From NCBI GenBank assembly GCA_050084985.1, contig JBITNC010000002.1, positions 6,324,001-6,388,000 on the forward strand: a stretch of 64,000 bases of DNA, read 5' to 3'. This document shows positions 11,630 through 23,439 of the stretch, in pieces. The translations under genes were made by a program, and so were the position numbers. The DNA comes from Nageia nagi (lineage: Eukaryota > Plantae > Pinophyta). A model generated the notes under the pieces. That model was not told the DNA's origin. It saw only the letters and a list, made by a program, of their open reading frames with translations, and made no database searches. Each line of letters begins with the position of its first letter. The first letter of the stretch is position 1.

Positions 11630-13150
11630 AAGTATTAACAACATCCTATTAATACACTAAATATCAATAGAGAATAATTACTCAATGTTACATATGCTCT
11701 ATTATGAAAAAATGGGCTTTGAGAGATTTTGGTTTTCAAACTCTTAGTTACAAATGAAGATCTTAAAATTCCATATTTGTTTAGCATTAAGAGTATTTGT
11801 AAGGCTTGGGGGTCTATCAAACCTTGTCTTCATTAGGTAGGGTTTGAAATTTAATTTGGTTTTTCATGTAAATTTCATGAACTTTTATGGTTATCATATT
11901 TTTAAAAATATGGTGTTGTGCTTGCGTTATATCCTTGGTTTCATCCTCTTGATTTTTTCTCAAGGATAATTCATAGATTACAAACATTATCACTTGCTAA
12001 AATCAAGATTTTCCCCAATGGCTAGACTTTAAGAAAAAAATTTGATTTTCAAACTAAGTTTAAAATTTTTATTAATAAGAATAAGATGTTATACACTATG
12101 AATTATAGTTGAATGTTATTATCATTTCATATGAACATGGTGGAAATATTGGCACTTTATGTGAGAACACCTTTCTTGATGTATACAATTCTAAGATAGG
12201 GTACATGTGGTTATCATCACATTTTGTTGTAATAGGTAAGTCAAAATGAGAAATGGGATTTGATCTCCCTAATTACAAAGAAGAGAAAAATAATATAAAC
12301 TATTTAGAGGTTGGTACTTGAACTTAAGCTTGCCCATTTTACTTGGTGCATCATGTATCAAATCTTACCTTATCATAGTAGCTTGTAGCATTTGGGAATT
12401 TTAAATCCTTATTATTATTTTTTTGTAAAAAGAAGGAATATTTTTAGCATTTATTTTACGATTGTGTTTTGCTATAATAGGTAAGTTAAATGAGAAATGG
12501 GATTTGATCTCCCTAATTACAAAGAAGAGAAAAATAATATAAATTTTTTAGAGGTTGGTCCTTGAAGTTAAGCTTGCCCACTTTACTTGGTGCATCATGT
12601 ATCAAATCTTACCCTATCATATTAGGTTATAGCATTTGCGAATTTCAATTCCTTATTATTATTTTTTTATAAAAAGAAGGAATATTTTTAGCATTTATTT
12701 TACGATTGTGTTAAGGTGCAAAATGATTGATTATGGATTTAATTTTATAACTTCTTATAGTTATTTTATCTTAAAAAATATTGGTAACAAATTCCTTTTA
12801 GATACTACATTAGACTGGTTGATCAATTTATTGATGTTGGGCATATATTTTAAGTGATTATTATTTTTTGAGAGCTAGAAAAGTTGAAACCATTACTTAT
12901 TTACAAATGGTAATGTTGGTAGTTATTTCACACCTTCTAATAGAAATATGATTGTTATAAAGGTATTTTTACCAATATCAATGTAAGAAAGTACAAGGAC
13001 TATAAAGGTTCACGAAGCACCTTAAGGAGCTAATTGAAAATTGAAGGAATTCTCTTTTTGCAATACATTATATAGCATTAAATGAAGTTTGTGCACCTAT
13101 CAAAAGAATAGATGACTTTCTCATAACAATTGTATTACCTTGTTATTATC
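11630..13150 (-). mobile_element. Heavily decayed L1-type LINE RT remnant
   Basis: Degenerate traces resembling NQSAFV, QGDPLSP.LF, LSxxGKILIL and GLIDP on the minus strand; no long ORF. Confidence 0.5.
12230..12712. repeat. Two-copy tandem duplication (~243-bp unit) inside the LINE remnant
   Basis: TAATAGGTAAGT...GAGAAATGGGATTTGATCTCCCTAATTAC...TTTATTTTACGATTGTGTT repeated at ~12230 and ~12475. Confidence 0.9.
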
Positions 13151-13230
13151 CCTATCATTACATTTGTTGTGTAATATAATATTAATATGTGATCTTCATT
13201 TTAAAACATGTAATTTTGACATTCAATATA

Positions 13231-13682
13231 TAATTTATTGGTTTCTAATTTTTGATATAAATTTGATTAATTTTTTCATTAATTTGTTATTGATATATGA
13301 TTAATTTTCATCCATATTTTTTTTTTAATTTGTAAATGTTATATTATCTTTTCAAAATCAATATAATTTATAAACATTTCAAAATAAAATATTTAATCAA
13401 TTTTCACATAATATATTTACAATCATTATTAAAAATTAGATGTAACAAATTTCAAAACTAAAATCACATAATAAAACTTATCGCTATAATTTATTGATTT
13501 CTAATTTTTGATATGAAATCGATTATTTTCTTTTATTAATTTATTATGTTTATGTAATTAATTTTCAATCATATTTTTAAAAATTTATAAATTTTATATT
13601 ATCTTTTCAAAATCAATATAATTTATGAACATTTCAAAATAAAATAACAAATCAGATGTAACAAATATCAAAACTAAAATAA
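13231..13682. repeat. AT-rich two-copy tandem duplication (~257-bp spacing)
   Basis: TAATTTATTG.TTTCTAATTTTTGATAT...TTTTCAAAATCAATATAATTTAT.AACATTTCAAAATAAAAT at ~13231 and ~13487. Confidence 0.8.
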
Positions 13683-14198
13683 AATAATGAGACTTACTCA
13701 TAAAGATACGCTAATGAAATAAATAACTTCTATATTAAAAATTCTATTCAAAAGTCAACCTTATTCTATGAGTTAATGATTACATTCTTCTCATTCATTG
13801 AAGCTTAGTACATAAATTACTCATGAAAATAAATTGATAAAATGGATCACTTCTAGATAATGAAACCCAGTTCAAAACTCAACATCCTGTTATAATTTAA
13901 CTTAATGATATAATTAAAAGTATAATGAAATCACATAAATGAAATTATAGAAATGAATATGCAGAACAATGATATAATTAAAAGTTTGATATAATTGTAA
14001 GCTGATATCTATGAAAACATGCAGACCTAGGATGCACAACATTTGGCCCCCCTCTTCCCCACCTGGACTACAATCAAACTCTCAGACATGAATAAGCCAT
14101 CCATTACATTGTCTGCTTATCAGAATTTCAGAAGAGAAACGAATTCAAATGCAACCATTCTTCTACTACACCCTCAACTAATTACCCAGATCTCAATT

Positions 14199-14578
14199 CT
14201 AGAGAAAGAAGAAGAGAACAGAAGCCATGCTCATAATTCCTGCATTCACAAACACAGTAATTGGTGGCAATACCCCGGATCCGGAGCTTTTGTGTGTAGT
14301 AGGGGTGGTGTTGGCGGTGCCCGGAGTTGTTGTTCCTCCGGCGGGGGGACTGATTGTTCCTGAAGGAGTGGAGCTAGAAGAAACAACTGCAACACTAAAC
14401 TTCATTCCGGATTGACAATGGCCGGCACTCCCACAAATAAAGTAGTGTTTTCCGGCGGTCTTAAGTGTCACCTGCGTATCCCCACTGTTATCTTGTAAGA
14501 GCACATTCGATGGCGAGCATGATTGGAATCCTGTGGCGTCCGTCTCTATAACCGAATGCGACCCACCATAGTTGAACA
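14199..14578 (-). CDS. Phytocyanin (uclacyanin-type blue copper protein, predicted GPI-anchored), exon 2
   Basis: After acceptor CAG (14581-14579): (V)FNYGGSHSV...CSPS...HYFICGSAGHCQSGMKF with His, Cys, His, Met copper ligands, a Ser/Thr/Pro-rich tail and hydrophobic C-terminus; stop at 14199-14201. Exons 166+380=546 nt give 181 aa. Confidence 0.95.
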
Positions 14579-14666
14579 CTGCCATCTTTGAAGTTCAATA
14601 AAGCAATTGAATGTATATTATTACAAACTAACTATAATTGAAGATTTTTGTAATGGGATTACTTAC

Positions 14667-14832
14667 CCAGAACGTCTCCGACTTGATAAGTGTTACCATC
14701 TGCCCAGTTCTGATAATTGTTGCCCAGATTCCATCCACTGTTTCCCCCAACCGTGAACTGAGCCGCCATGCAGACTCCAAAGAAGAGCGCGGCTATGACA
14801 ATTACAATTATCATCTCCCCATTGGATGCCAT
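14667..14832 (-). CDS. Phytocyanin (uclacyanin-type), exon 1
   Basis: MASNGEMIIVIVIAALFFGVCMA signal peptide, then AQFTVGGNSGW...YQNWADGNTYQVGDVL; donor G|GTAAGT; 88-nt phase-1 intron 14579-14666. Confidence 0.95.
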
Positions 14833-14911
14833 TTTTTGCGTGCGTGCAGAACAAGAACAGCAATAAAAGGATAATTTCTTAATACAATTTCGAGATGAGG
14901 AATTAGAAGAG

Positions 14912-14920
14912 TTTTTATAG
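14912..14920 (-). promoter_or_regulatory. Putative TATA box of the phytocyanin gene
   Basis: CTATAAAAA on the minus strand ~80-90 bp upstream of the ATG. Confidence 0.6.
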
Positions 14921-16197
14921 ACCTGAGATGAATGAATTTCAGAGCAATGCAGGAATGAGAAAGGCATGAATATCGTCAACTGTGATTTGTTAATGGAGCA
15001 GATCACCAACTCTTGGAAAGGACCCACACAAATTAAAAAAAGGGGATGGCAGAACTAACATGCAGAGAACAAATTCTGTTGATTCGAATTCTGATATACC
15101 AACTAAAATGGATGCATTCTGATTCGTCTGCTCTCATATTTTCTGCGTGGTTTACCATTTCAACTGCAACTACAAAGATTCTGGAATTCTACTGGAGACG
15201 TTTTTATGACAAGAAGATGAACACAGTATGGAGTTGGTTGGTGAAGTTTTGTAATTTTCTGCATAATAATTGTGCTATGAAATGCTTCAAAAATAATTAT
15301 GATATTGTTTGTGGTTTAAACTATTGCTACCAATCTATAAAAATTTAAAATATTAGGAAGAAATTTGTGTTGTAAAAGGATGTATATTATTTTAAAGAGG
15401 AGTTGTTGGCTTTCAATGGAATCGAATCTTTCCATTTTAGTTTGAATTATTCATATCCAACTAATGGCAACTAGGAGGGAGATGCTCTAAGAATAATTTG
15501 GTGAAGGATGAATAATGTAGCCTTTTGTTAATTTTGGTTATCTAGGGGACTAGGGGATCCATGGAGTTTGTGATATAATAATGTATTTAATTAATAAAAT
15601 TTTAATTTTTTAGTCAAATTTTTTTTGGTTAAAAGAAAGGTTTATTGTTTAATTTTTTAGATGAATAAATTATAAAAATTCTCTTCAACTTCTATTATGT
15701 AATGTATATAGATATTTTTATTTATATGTTACAAAAGTTGTAATCGGTGACAACAATCTTGCAAGAATGCATCTAATATTTTTGAAGATCATCAAATAAT
15801 TTTTTGTGTAATCATGAAGACTTTCTTATCATAATGATGGTGACACTCTATAAAAACCTACTAGTGATCATTATCTTCCCTTTACCTCACTATACATGAT
15901 TTAAATGATATTTACTATATTATCTTGGATTCATATTTATAATCATTTTTTGTTAATTTTCAACCCAATGTTTGGGATAGTTTGAACTCATATGGGATTA
16001 TGTGTTATCCACCTACATCTTTTTTGTTATAAATTTATTATATATTTTTATTAATATAATGCATTTTTTATTTAAAAATCTACCAAAAAATCATTATAGC
16101 ATGTGCATAGATTGTCATGATAAAATCATAATTATATTTTTTCATCATATCAAGTCAAATTTTTATTGATGCATTCTCAATTATATATTTTTTTCAA

Positions 16198-16870
16198 GAA
16201 AAAATATCTAAAATACCTATGTAATTTTACGTAATATCAAAAATACCCTCCTTTTTTTGAAATATTAAAAATACCCCTACTTTCTTAGAAATATCAAAAA
16301 ATAAAATATTGATGGCATGTACATAGGGGATTTCTGAGAGCTACCAATGTTGGCATGAGTATTGACCCTAGTGGAGATCAATAATGTGAGATGTAAATTT
16401 AGAAAGGCATTGAAATAAAATATTTTTTCATTAGAATAATTGAATATGAACATGAAAATTCCCTCATTTTTTGTACTATTTGTATTGCAACAATTAAGAG
16501 AGGCCCGAGAAATTGAATAGAGGATATTTGTCTTTATTCATACCATATCATAAGTTTATGAAAAAGGTATCCCATCATTAAAAAAAAATATTAGGCTTCT
16601 CATGGGCTTCAAGAATCCATGTGTTCAACGATTCAATAATATTTGAAGTGAAATAACTAAATTATTAACCTTGAAAATGGGCATCTACCTAAAATATTGG
16701 CTTTGGGTCTCAAATCCATGTTGCAACCACTTGAGATATTACTACAATATGTTCAATTTGTGTCTATGTTGCATCTCACAATCTCTAAGGGTATTTTTCA
16801 ATATTTCAAAAAAAATTAGGGGCAATTTTTATATTATGCAAAATTATAGAGGTATTTTGGATATTTTCCC
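16198..16870. mobile_element. Non-autonomous Mutator-like element / MITE (673 bp)
   Basis: ~80-bp TIRs (GAAAAAATATCTAAAATACCT...AAAAATACCC / GGGTATTTTT...AGGTATTTTGGATATTTTCCC); TSD TTTTTCAA at 16190-16197 and 16871-16878. Confidence 0.85.
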
Positions 16871-17331
16871 TTTTTCAATTAGTTAGATAGATAATGAACT
16901 TAAGATTTGACCACTCATCAAAAACTATATTTGTCAAGGTAAATACCATAAAATCCTCCACCCAATTATAGTGGTTCTCACAATTCATCTCCTTAATGCA
17001 TTATTGAAGATCAAAGACAAAGAGGGTCTAAAGAAAAATTAAGGATCAAAGGTTAAAGTTAATTCAAGAAATAATCATTAAATGCATCACATGTATATCA
17101 CTCTTAAAGATTTACTTTACACATATTTACATTGCTTATCATCATCATAAATAGTATTATCAAGCTAGGATGTAGACTATTGAAAATCCAAATTATATCT
17201 ACTCCTAAAATCACCTTCCATGATGGCTATTATGTTTCTTAGATATCCTTCGTCTTCCAACTACCCTACATACCTAAGGATTGCATGCAAATCTAACAAT
17301 CAAAATATTTATCTAATCTTCTAATGTTATA

Positions 17332-17919
17332 ATCCCCCCTTAATTTAGAGAGGTGTTGATCAGTACAAGCATTTGTTTTAACTTCTCCCTTTTATGCACT
17401 TTGGTAATGATATTTTTAATTTGATTATATGTGTAATAAGGCTTCAATTAAATATTCTTAAATTTAACATGATGTTGAATTAGGTGATACTTTATATTGA
17501 TATATTTCATTTGATCATGAAAGATAGGATTCTTGGCCAATATTATTGCAAAAGTGTTATATATCAGCAAAGGGGTGATATTCACCTACTTATTTTACAA
17601 ATATTCTAGTATGCATCTAACCTAAATGATTTCCTTGGTTGCTTTTATAGCTACTACACACTTTGTTTTTGTTATTGAATCTATTATTAAGCCTAACCTC
17701 ATGAGATAACCTGAAGTGGAAACTTTATATTTCTTATCTCCGTCAAAACTAAAGTCTATATAATAAACTAATTAATTAAAGTCTCATAATCTAGAATACT
17801 TAAGTCCAAAGTGTTATGCTACCTTCAAATATATGAGGACTCATTTAGTTGTTACCCAATGTCCTTCACATGATATTTCCATATACTAAGAAATAAATCC
17901 AACAATAAAAATAAATGCC
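17332..17919 (-). mobile_element. Older copia RT C-terminus/RNase H remnant (left half of the host element)
   Basis: Reads ...AIILAKNPIFHDQMKYINIKYHLIQHHV...NQIKNIITK; PPT-like TAAGGGGGGATT at ~17332-17343. Confidence 0.8.
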
Positions 17920-17924
17920 AAGCT

Positions 17925-20900
17925 TGAAGTTATTAAACACAAACAAATAAATGAATTCATCAATTTGATGGCAAAATAGTTCTGCAACTCAAAGGTAAGC
18001 ATGTGTTCAACAATGGAGGCTCATAGTTAATAGAACACCCAACAAACTTGCATAGCATTATTGAAATACACTCTCATAATCTTAACATATTGAAATGGAT
18101 GTTATATGCATTCAACAAGTTGAAGATGACCTGACTATTCAGTTCACATTCTACTTCATGAAGTAAAAAATGAAGAGAGAAAGTTTAATTAAAAAACATA
18201 ACACTCGAACCTATCTGGTAGGCTGGTTTACCAATCGTTAGGAGGGTTTTGTAACTAGTTGGTCGATTTCACAGTTGGTTTGTAAGGAACCAATTCTCAG
18301 ATAGAGGCATAAAGATAAATCAATGAGCTCATATTTGGGATTTTTGATTAAGTTTAAGTTGTTATGCTTTGGTAGTCTTTATACTCCCCCTTGTTGGTAA
18401 GAGGACCAAAAATTATATCTCTTATCAATAAAAATTGAGGTTTAATCATCGATTTGGTAAATATATCTACCACTCATTCTTAGGTTGAACAATAATTCAA
18501 TGTAACTAGTCCTTTCTCCACCAAATCCTTGATGAAATGATTCTTCAAATCAAAGCGCTTGGTTCTAGAATGATGGAAAGGGTTTTATGCCAACTTGATA
18601 GCACCTTGGTTGTAATAAAAAATGAAATTTTATTTCTTTTTCTCCTCTCCAATCTCCTTCAACACCTTTCTCAACCATAATGCTTATGTTGATGCACTTA
18701 TCACTACTACATACTTAACTTCAGTACTTGAAAGAGCTACAATGGATTATTTTCTAGAGCTCCATAACACCAAACCTAATCCAAGAAGAAGCAACTCCCA
18801 ATTGTGCTCTTCCTATCATCTAAATCACCATACCAATTACTATCACTGAAAACTATGATCTTGAACTTGAAATTACATGAAAAATGTATTCCAAAATTGA
18901 CTGTACCCTTGACATACTTGAGTATTCTCTTGGCTACCTTTAGATGGATAATGGATGGATCACTCATGTATCTTACAAATGATGAAACACTGAATTACAA
19001 ATCTAGTCTTTTATTTTTTGGAAATATTAAACTTCCAATAATACTTCTAAACTCCTTGTTTAACTTGGGTGATCCATCTTCTTTGGAAAGGTGTTCTCTA
19101 TGGGATGTGGGAGTTGGAACAAGAGTATAATTATTCATTCCAAATCTCTTTAACATATCATGTGCATATTTTTATTGGCACATAAATATCTCTTCATTTG
19201 TTTGATGCACCTCTAATCTATGGAAGTAGCTCATTAAAATAAGGTCTTTCATTTCAAACTCAACCATCATTTGAGTTTTGAATGATTCATTCATCTTGTT
19301 ATTGTTTTCCATGAAGATCAAATCATCTACATATAAATAAACAACCAAAATATCATATCCATATATTTTAAAATACAAAGTAGGTTCACTTAAACTTATT
19401 TGAAATCCTACAATCTTAAAGTATCAATCTATTCTTATGTACCAAGCTCTTGGATCTTGCTTCAACCCATACAATACCTTCTTGAGCTTGTACACTTGGT
19501 TTTCTTTTCTTTCAACCTCAAAGCATTGAGGTTGAGCTACATACACTTCTTCATAGATGTACCATTAATAAAGGCACTCTTTACATTCATATGATAAACT
19601 TTTCAATTCTTTCTTATAGCTAAAGAGAGCACTAACCTCATTGTTTCTTACCTTGCTATAGGTGCAAATATCTACTCAAAATCCACACCATATTGTTGTG
19701 TGAATCCCTTTGCCACTAACCTTACTTTGTGTCTTCAATGCTACCATAACTCTTGCATTTTATCTTGTACACCCACTTGGAACTAACAACTTTCTTTCCT
19801 TTGGGAAACTCACAAAGTTCCCAAGTATCATTTCTTTCAATTGCGTCAATCTCTTCTTTCATAGCTTGCATCCAAACAAAGTTATAAAAAGATTATTCAT
19901 GAGAAGATGACTCAAAAATAATCACATCTTTTGAAATAGAATTGTAATTTGAACTAAAAGAGTAAAGTGCATACTTTACCATTTCACCTTTTGGTTCTCC
20001 ACTATCTTCATCTTCATAGAACTGAATATTTTTTAGCCTTGTGATTAGATTTTGTATTTCTTATGTTTGGCTCCTTGTGATTCTTCTCATGGTATTAGAG
20101 CACTCACACTTTTTGGTGTTGTAGAGGAGCTAGAGGTGCTAAGTGAGATTGAAACACTCAACTTGATGGCTGAAATTTACTTTTATGAGATACAACATGG
20201 TTGGGATGAATATTTTATGATGTCTTCTCCTTCAAACTGTCTTCTAGAAATATTTTTTATTGCAATTTTTTATTACCATACTCTCCCCCTTCATCAAAAA
20301 TGGCATCTCTTGAGATAATGATCTTATGAGTCTTAGGATTATAGAATTTGTAAGTTTTGTAGTGGTCACAATATCCTATAGACACACATGCTTATGATTT
20401 TGCATCCAACTTTCTCCTCTTTTCATCATTCACATAAATATATGCAAGGAAACCAAAAACTATCAAAAGTTGCAAATTTGGTTTTCTCTCAAACCAAGCT
20501 TCATAGGGAGTGATTTTATTCGAACTTATTATATGATACCTATTCAAAATATACATTTATGTTCTCATTTCTTCTTCCCAATAAGTATTGGACAATTTCT
20601 TACTTTGCATCATGCTTCTTGCCATCTCAACTAAGGTTCTATTTTTCCTTTTTGCTACATCATTTTTTTATGATGTGTAGGGAGAGGTGAGGTGTCTCTT
20701 AATGCCATTGTCTTTTCGATACTGAAATAATTTATAACTACAATACTCTCCTCCCCTATTACTTCTCAAATACTTTACATGATAGCCACTTTGTTTCTCA
20801 ACAAAAAATTTGAATTCTTCAAAACGGTCAAATGCCTTATCATCTTTGCTTTTATGAAGTAAGTCCAATACATTCTATTGAAATCATCAATGAAAGTAAT

Positions 20901-22963
20901 AAAGTAATAGGATTTACCAAAACTTTGAGTTTGCGTAGGCCCACTAATATTAGTATGGACCAAACGAAGAGGGTGTTTGGCTCTCCATGCTTCTTCCTTT
21001 CGAAACTTTCTCCTTGCTTACTTTCTAAGTACACATGCCTCACATACTTTTTTGTAATATTCTAATTGTGGTAACCCTCTCACCATTTATGGAAGAGTAT
21101 TTAAACTATGAAAATTCAAGTTCCCAAGCCTCATATACCAAAGTGCATTTTTTCTTCAATTCCCATAAAAATAAGGCCTCCATCCTTTTCAAGAAACTTC
21201 ACTAGAAAGAGTCTATTTGCAATCATTAGAACAGTAGTAACAAGCCTTCCATCATAGTTTTTATCATATATTCTACACATTCTATATTCAAACACCAATT
21301 TATAGTTTTTCTCAAGCATGTGGTCAATACTCAATAAACTTTGCTTCAAATATGGATTATAGTAGATATCTATTACCTTCATGGTTCCCTTCTTTGTTGC
21401 CACTTTAATTTCTCCTTTAAATACCAACAATATCCAAGCTTTTCTCATCTCCTAACTTCACACTTGACTTGTAAGAGTAATCAAGTGTAGAAAGTAAGGA
21501 CTGTTCATCAGTTATGTGGTTTGTGCAACCACTATATAAGAGATAAGTCTTATTTTTAAGATTTTGAGGGCTTACAATTGAGAGGTAAAAATATTCTTCT
21601 CCATAGTGGCCATATTTAGCTTCATTTGCTTGCTTCAATCTACACTTATTTTCAAAATGGCTAAATCTATTACAATAATAACATTGCAAATTTTATTTAT
21701 CTTTACCCTTTCCACCTCTTCCAAAGTGTCTTCCCTTTGATGCATAAATTGGTTCACTTTCAAAACTTTGTTCTCTGCCTCTACCTCTTCCAAAAGAACC
21801 TCTTCCAGATCTACCTCTTTCTCTTGAGCCTTAGCCTTATCCTCTTCCTTGTGCTTCATTTTTATTGATAGAAAATGCTTGTTCATCATTGTTATTTACT
21901 ACTATTTTTGCTCTTTTGATAACTCTCTCTTCATGTGATGTAAGAGAGCCAATTAAATGATCAATTTTCATGGTTGAAATGTCTTTTATCTCCTAAATTA
22001 TGAGTGCACTAGTATCATAATTTTATGTCAAAGTCCTTAATAATTTCTATATGACAACCTCTTTCTCAATATTCTCTCCTAGAGTGGCCATTTTATTAAC
22101 TATGGCTCTCACTCTTACATAATAATCTCCAACACTCTCTTTGTCCTCTTGTTTCAGATTTTCAAATTCCCTTCTCAATGTTTAGAGCTTCACTTCTTTC
22201 ACCTTTAAGTTCCCTTGGTAGCCTTCTCAATGTTTCCCATATTTCTTAGGCTAACACACATGCTAATATTATTAAAAAATGATCTTTTCTAGAGCTTCTT
22301 GGATGAAAGAGAGAGCCATGGAGTTTTTTTTCTCTCTCTCCTTTACCTCCTTCTTTGCATTTGTACTCAAGGCACTCCAATATGTGGGATCACCATAGCC
22401 ATCTTCTATAATATCCCAATAGTCTCTTCCCTTCAAGAGAGTCTTCATTCGAATACTCCAATACTCATAGTAACTCCCATCAAAATCTAGAATGGGGATA
22501 GTGTTTGAGTTGCTTACCATATCTTCTTCTCCTCCGTAGAAAAACTTCTTGAACCCAAACTAATCCAATGAAGCTCTGATACCAAATGAAGTGATTAAAC
22601 ACAAAATAATAAATGAATTACTCAATCAATTTGATGGAAAAATAGTTCTACAACTCAGAGGTAAGACTATTGAAATGGAACCTATATACATTCAATATAT
22701 CAAAGATGACATGACTATTCAGTTCACATTCTACTTCATGAAGAAAAAAATGAAGAGACAAAGTTTAATTAAAAGCATAACACTCAAAACTATCCAACAA
22801 GCCCATTTACTAGTTGATAGGCTAGTTTTGAAATCAGTTGGTCAGTTTCATAACCGGTTTGCAAGGAACTAGTTCTCAGATAGAGATATAAAGATAAACT
22901 AGTGAGGTCATATTTAGGAGTTTTGAGTAGGTTTAAGTAGATGTTGTGCCTTGGTAGTCTTCA
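17925..22963 (-). mobile_element. Structurally complete but decayed Ty1/copia (3' LTR 17925-18381, PPT 18382-18392, PBS 22573-22584, 5' LTR 22587-22963)
   Basis: Paired LTRs TGAAGT..TCTT(C/T)A; PBS TGGTATCAGAGC; PPT AAGGGGGAGTA; TSD AAGCT/AAGCC. Gag (ATG 22520, CYYCNRFSHFENKC), protease, integrase (YLRSNRGGEY), RT (LYVDDLIF) and RNase H (SDSNWYGDLDDRKST) occur in copia order with many stops. Confidence 0.95.
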
Positions 22964-22968
22964 AAGCC

Positions 22969-23310
22969 TTGTTATCATGAGATAAATGAGACTTCCAATA
23001 AGTTATATATATCTTATAATATCCTCAAATTATTTCCCTCCAATTAATGTCATCTTCAAATTTTATTTTATTAGAGTAGAAAATGGTTTTTTGTCCATTA
23101 GCCCAAATATTTCCAAAAGCTCTCCAGTATAATTCTTTTGAGAAATGAAGATACATATAGGTATTTTAGTGACTTCAACTCCCAAGTAGTAATGGAGATT
23201 ACCTAAATTTATCATTTCAAAACCTTTATTCAAATCTTTTTTGATCGATGCAATGTATATCTCATTATTCCCTATAATTAAGAGATCATTCACTTTCCTA
23301 ATAATTTCAC
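22969..23310 (-). mobile_element. Older copia RT remnant (right half of the host element)
   Basis: DLLIIGNNEIYIASIKKDLNKGFEMINLGNLHYYLGVEV...LIGSLIYLMITR continues into 17919 once the nested element is removed. Confidence 0.85.
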
Positions 23311-23439
23311 CATGGCATGCTACCGATAACTTGAACCTTATCAAATGATGTCATATTCATATTTTTGCAACCCTAACTCCTTGAACCTTATGCATTTTAA
23401 AATTTAAATATTCAAATTGTTACCCATCAAAGGAAATAT

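Noticed and set aside
14659-15027. 122-aa ORF with a long N-terminal extension of phytocyanin exon 1
   Set aside because: The upstream start is non-ATG and spans the TATA box; ATG 14832 gives a proper signal peptide.
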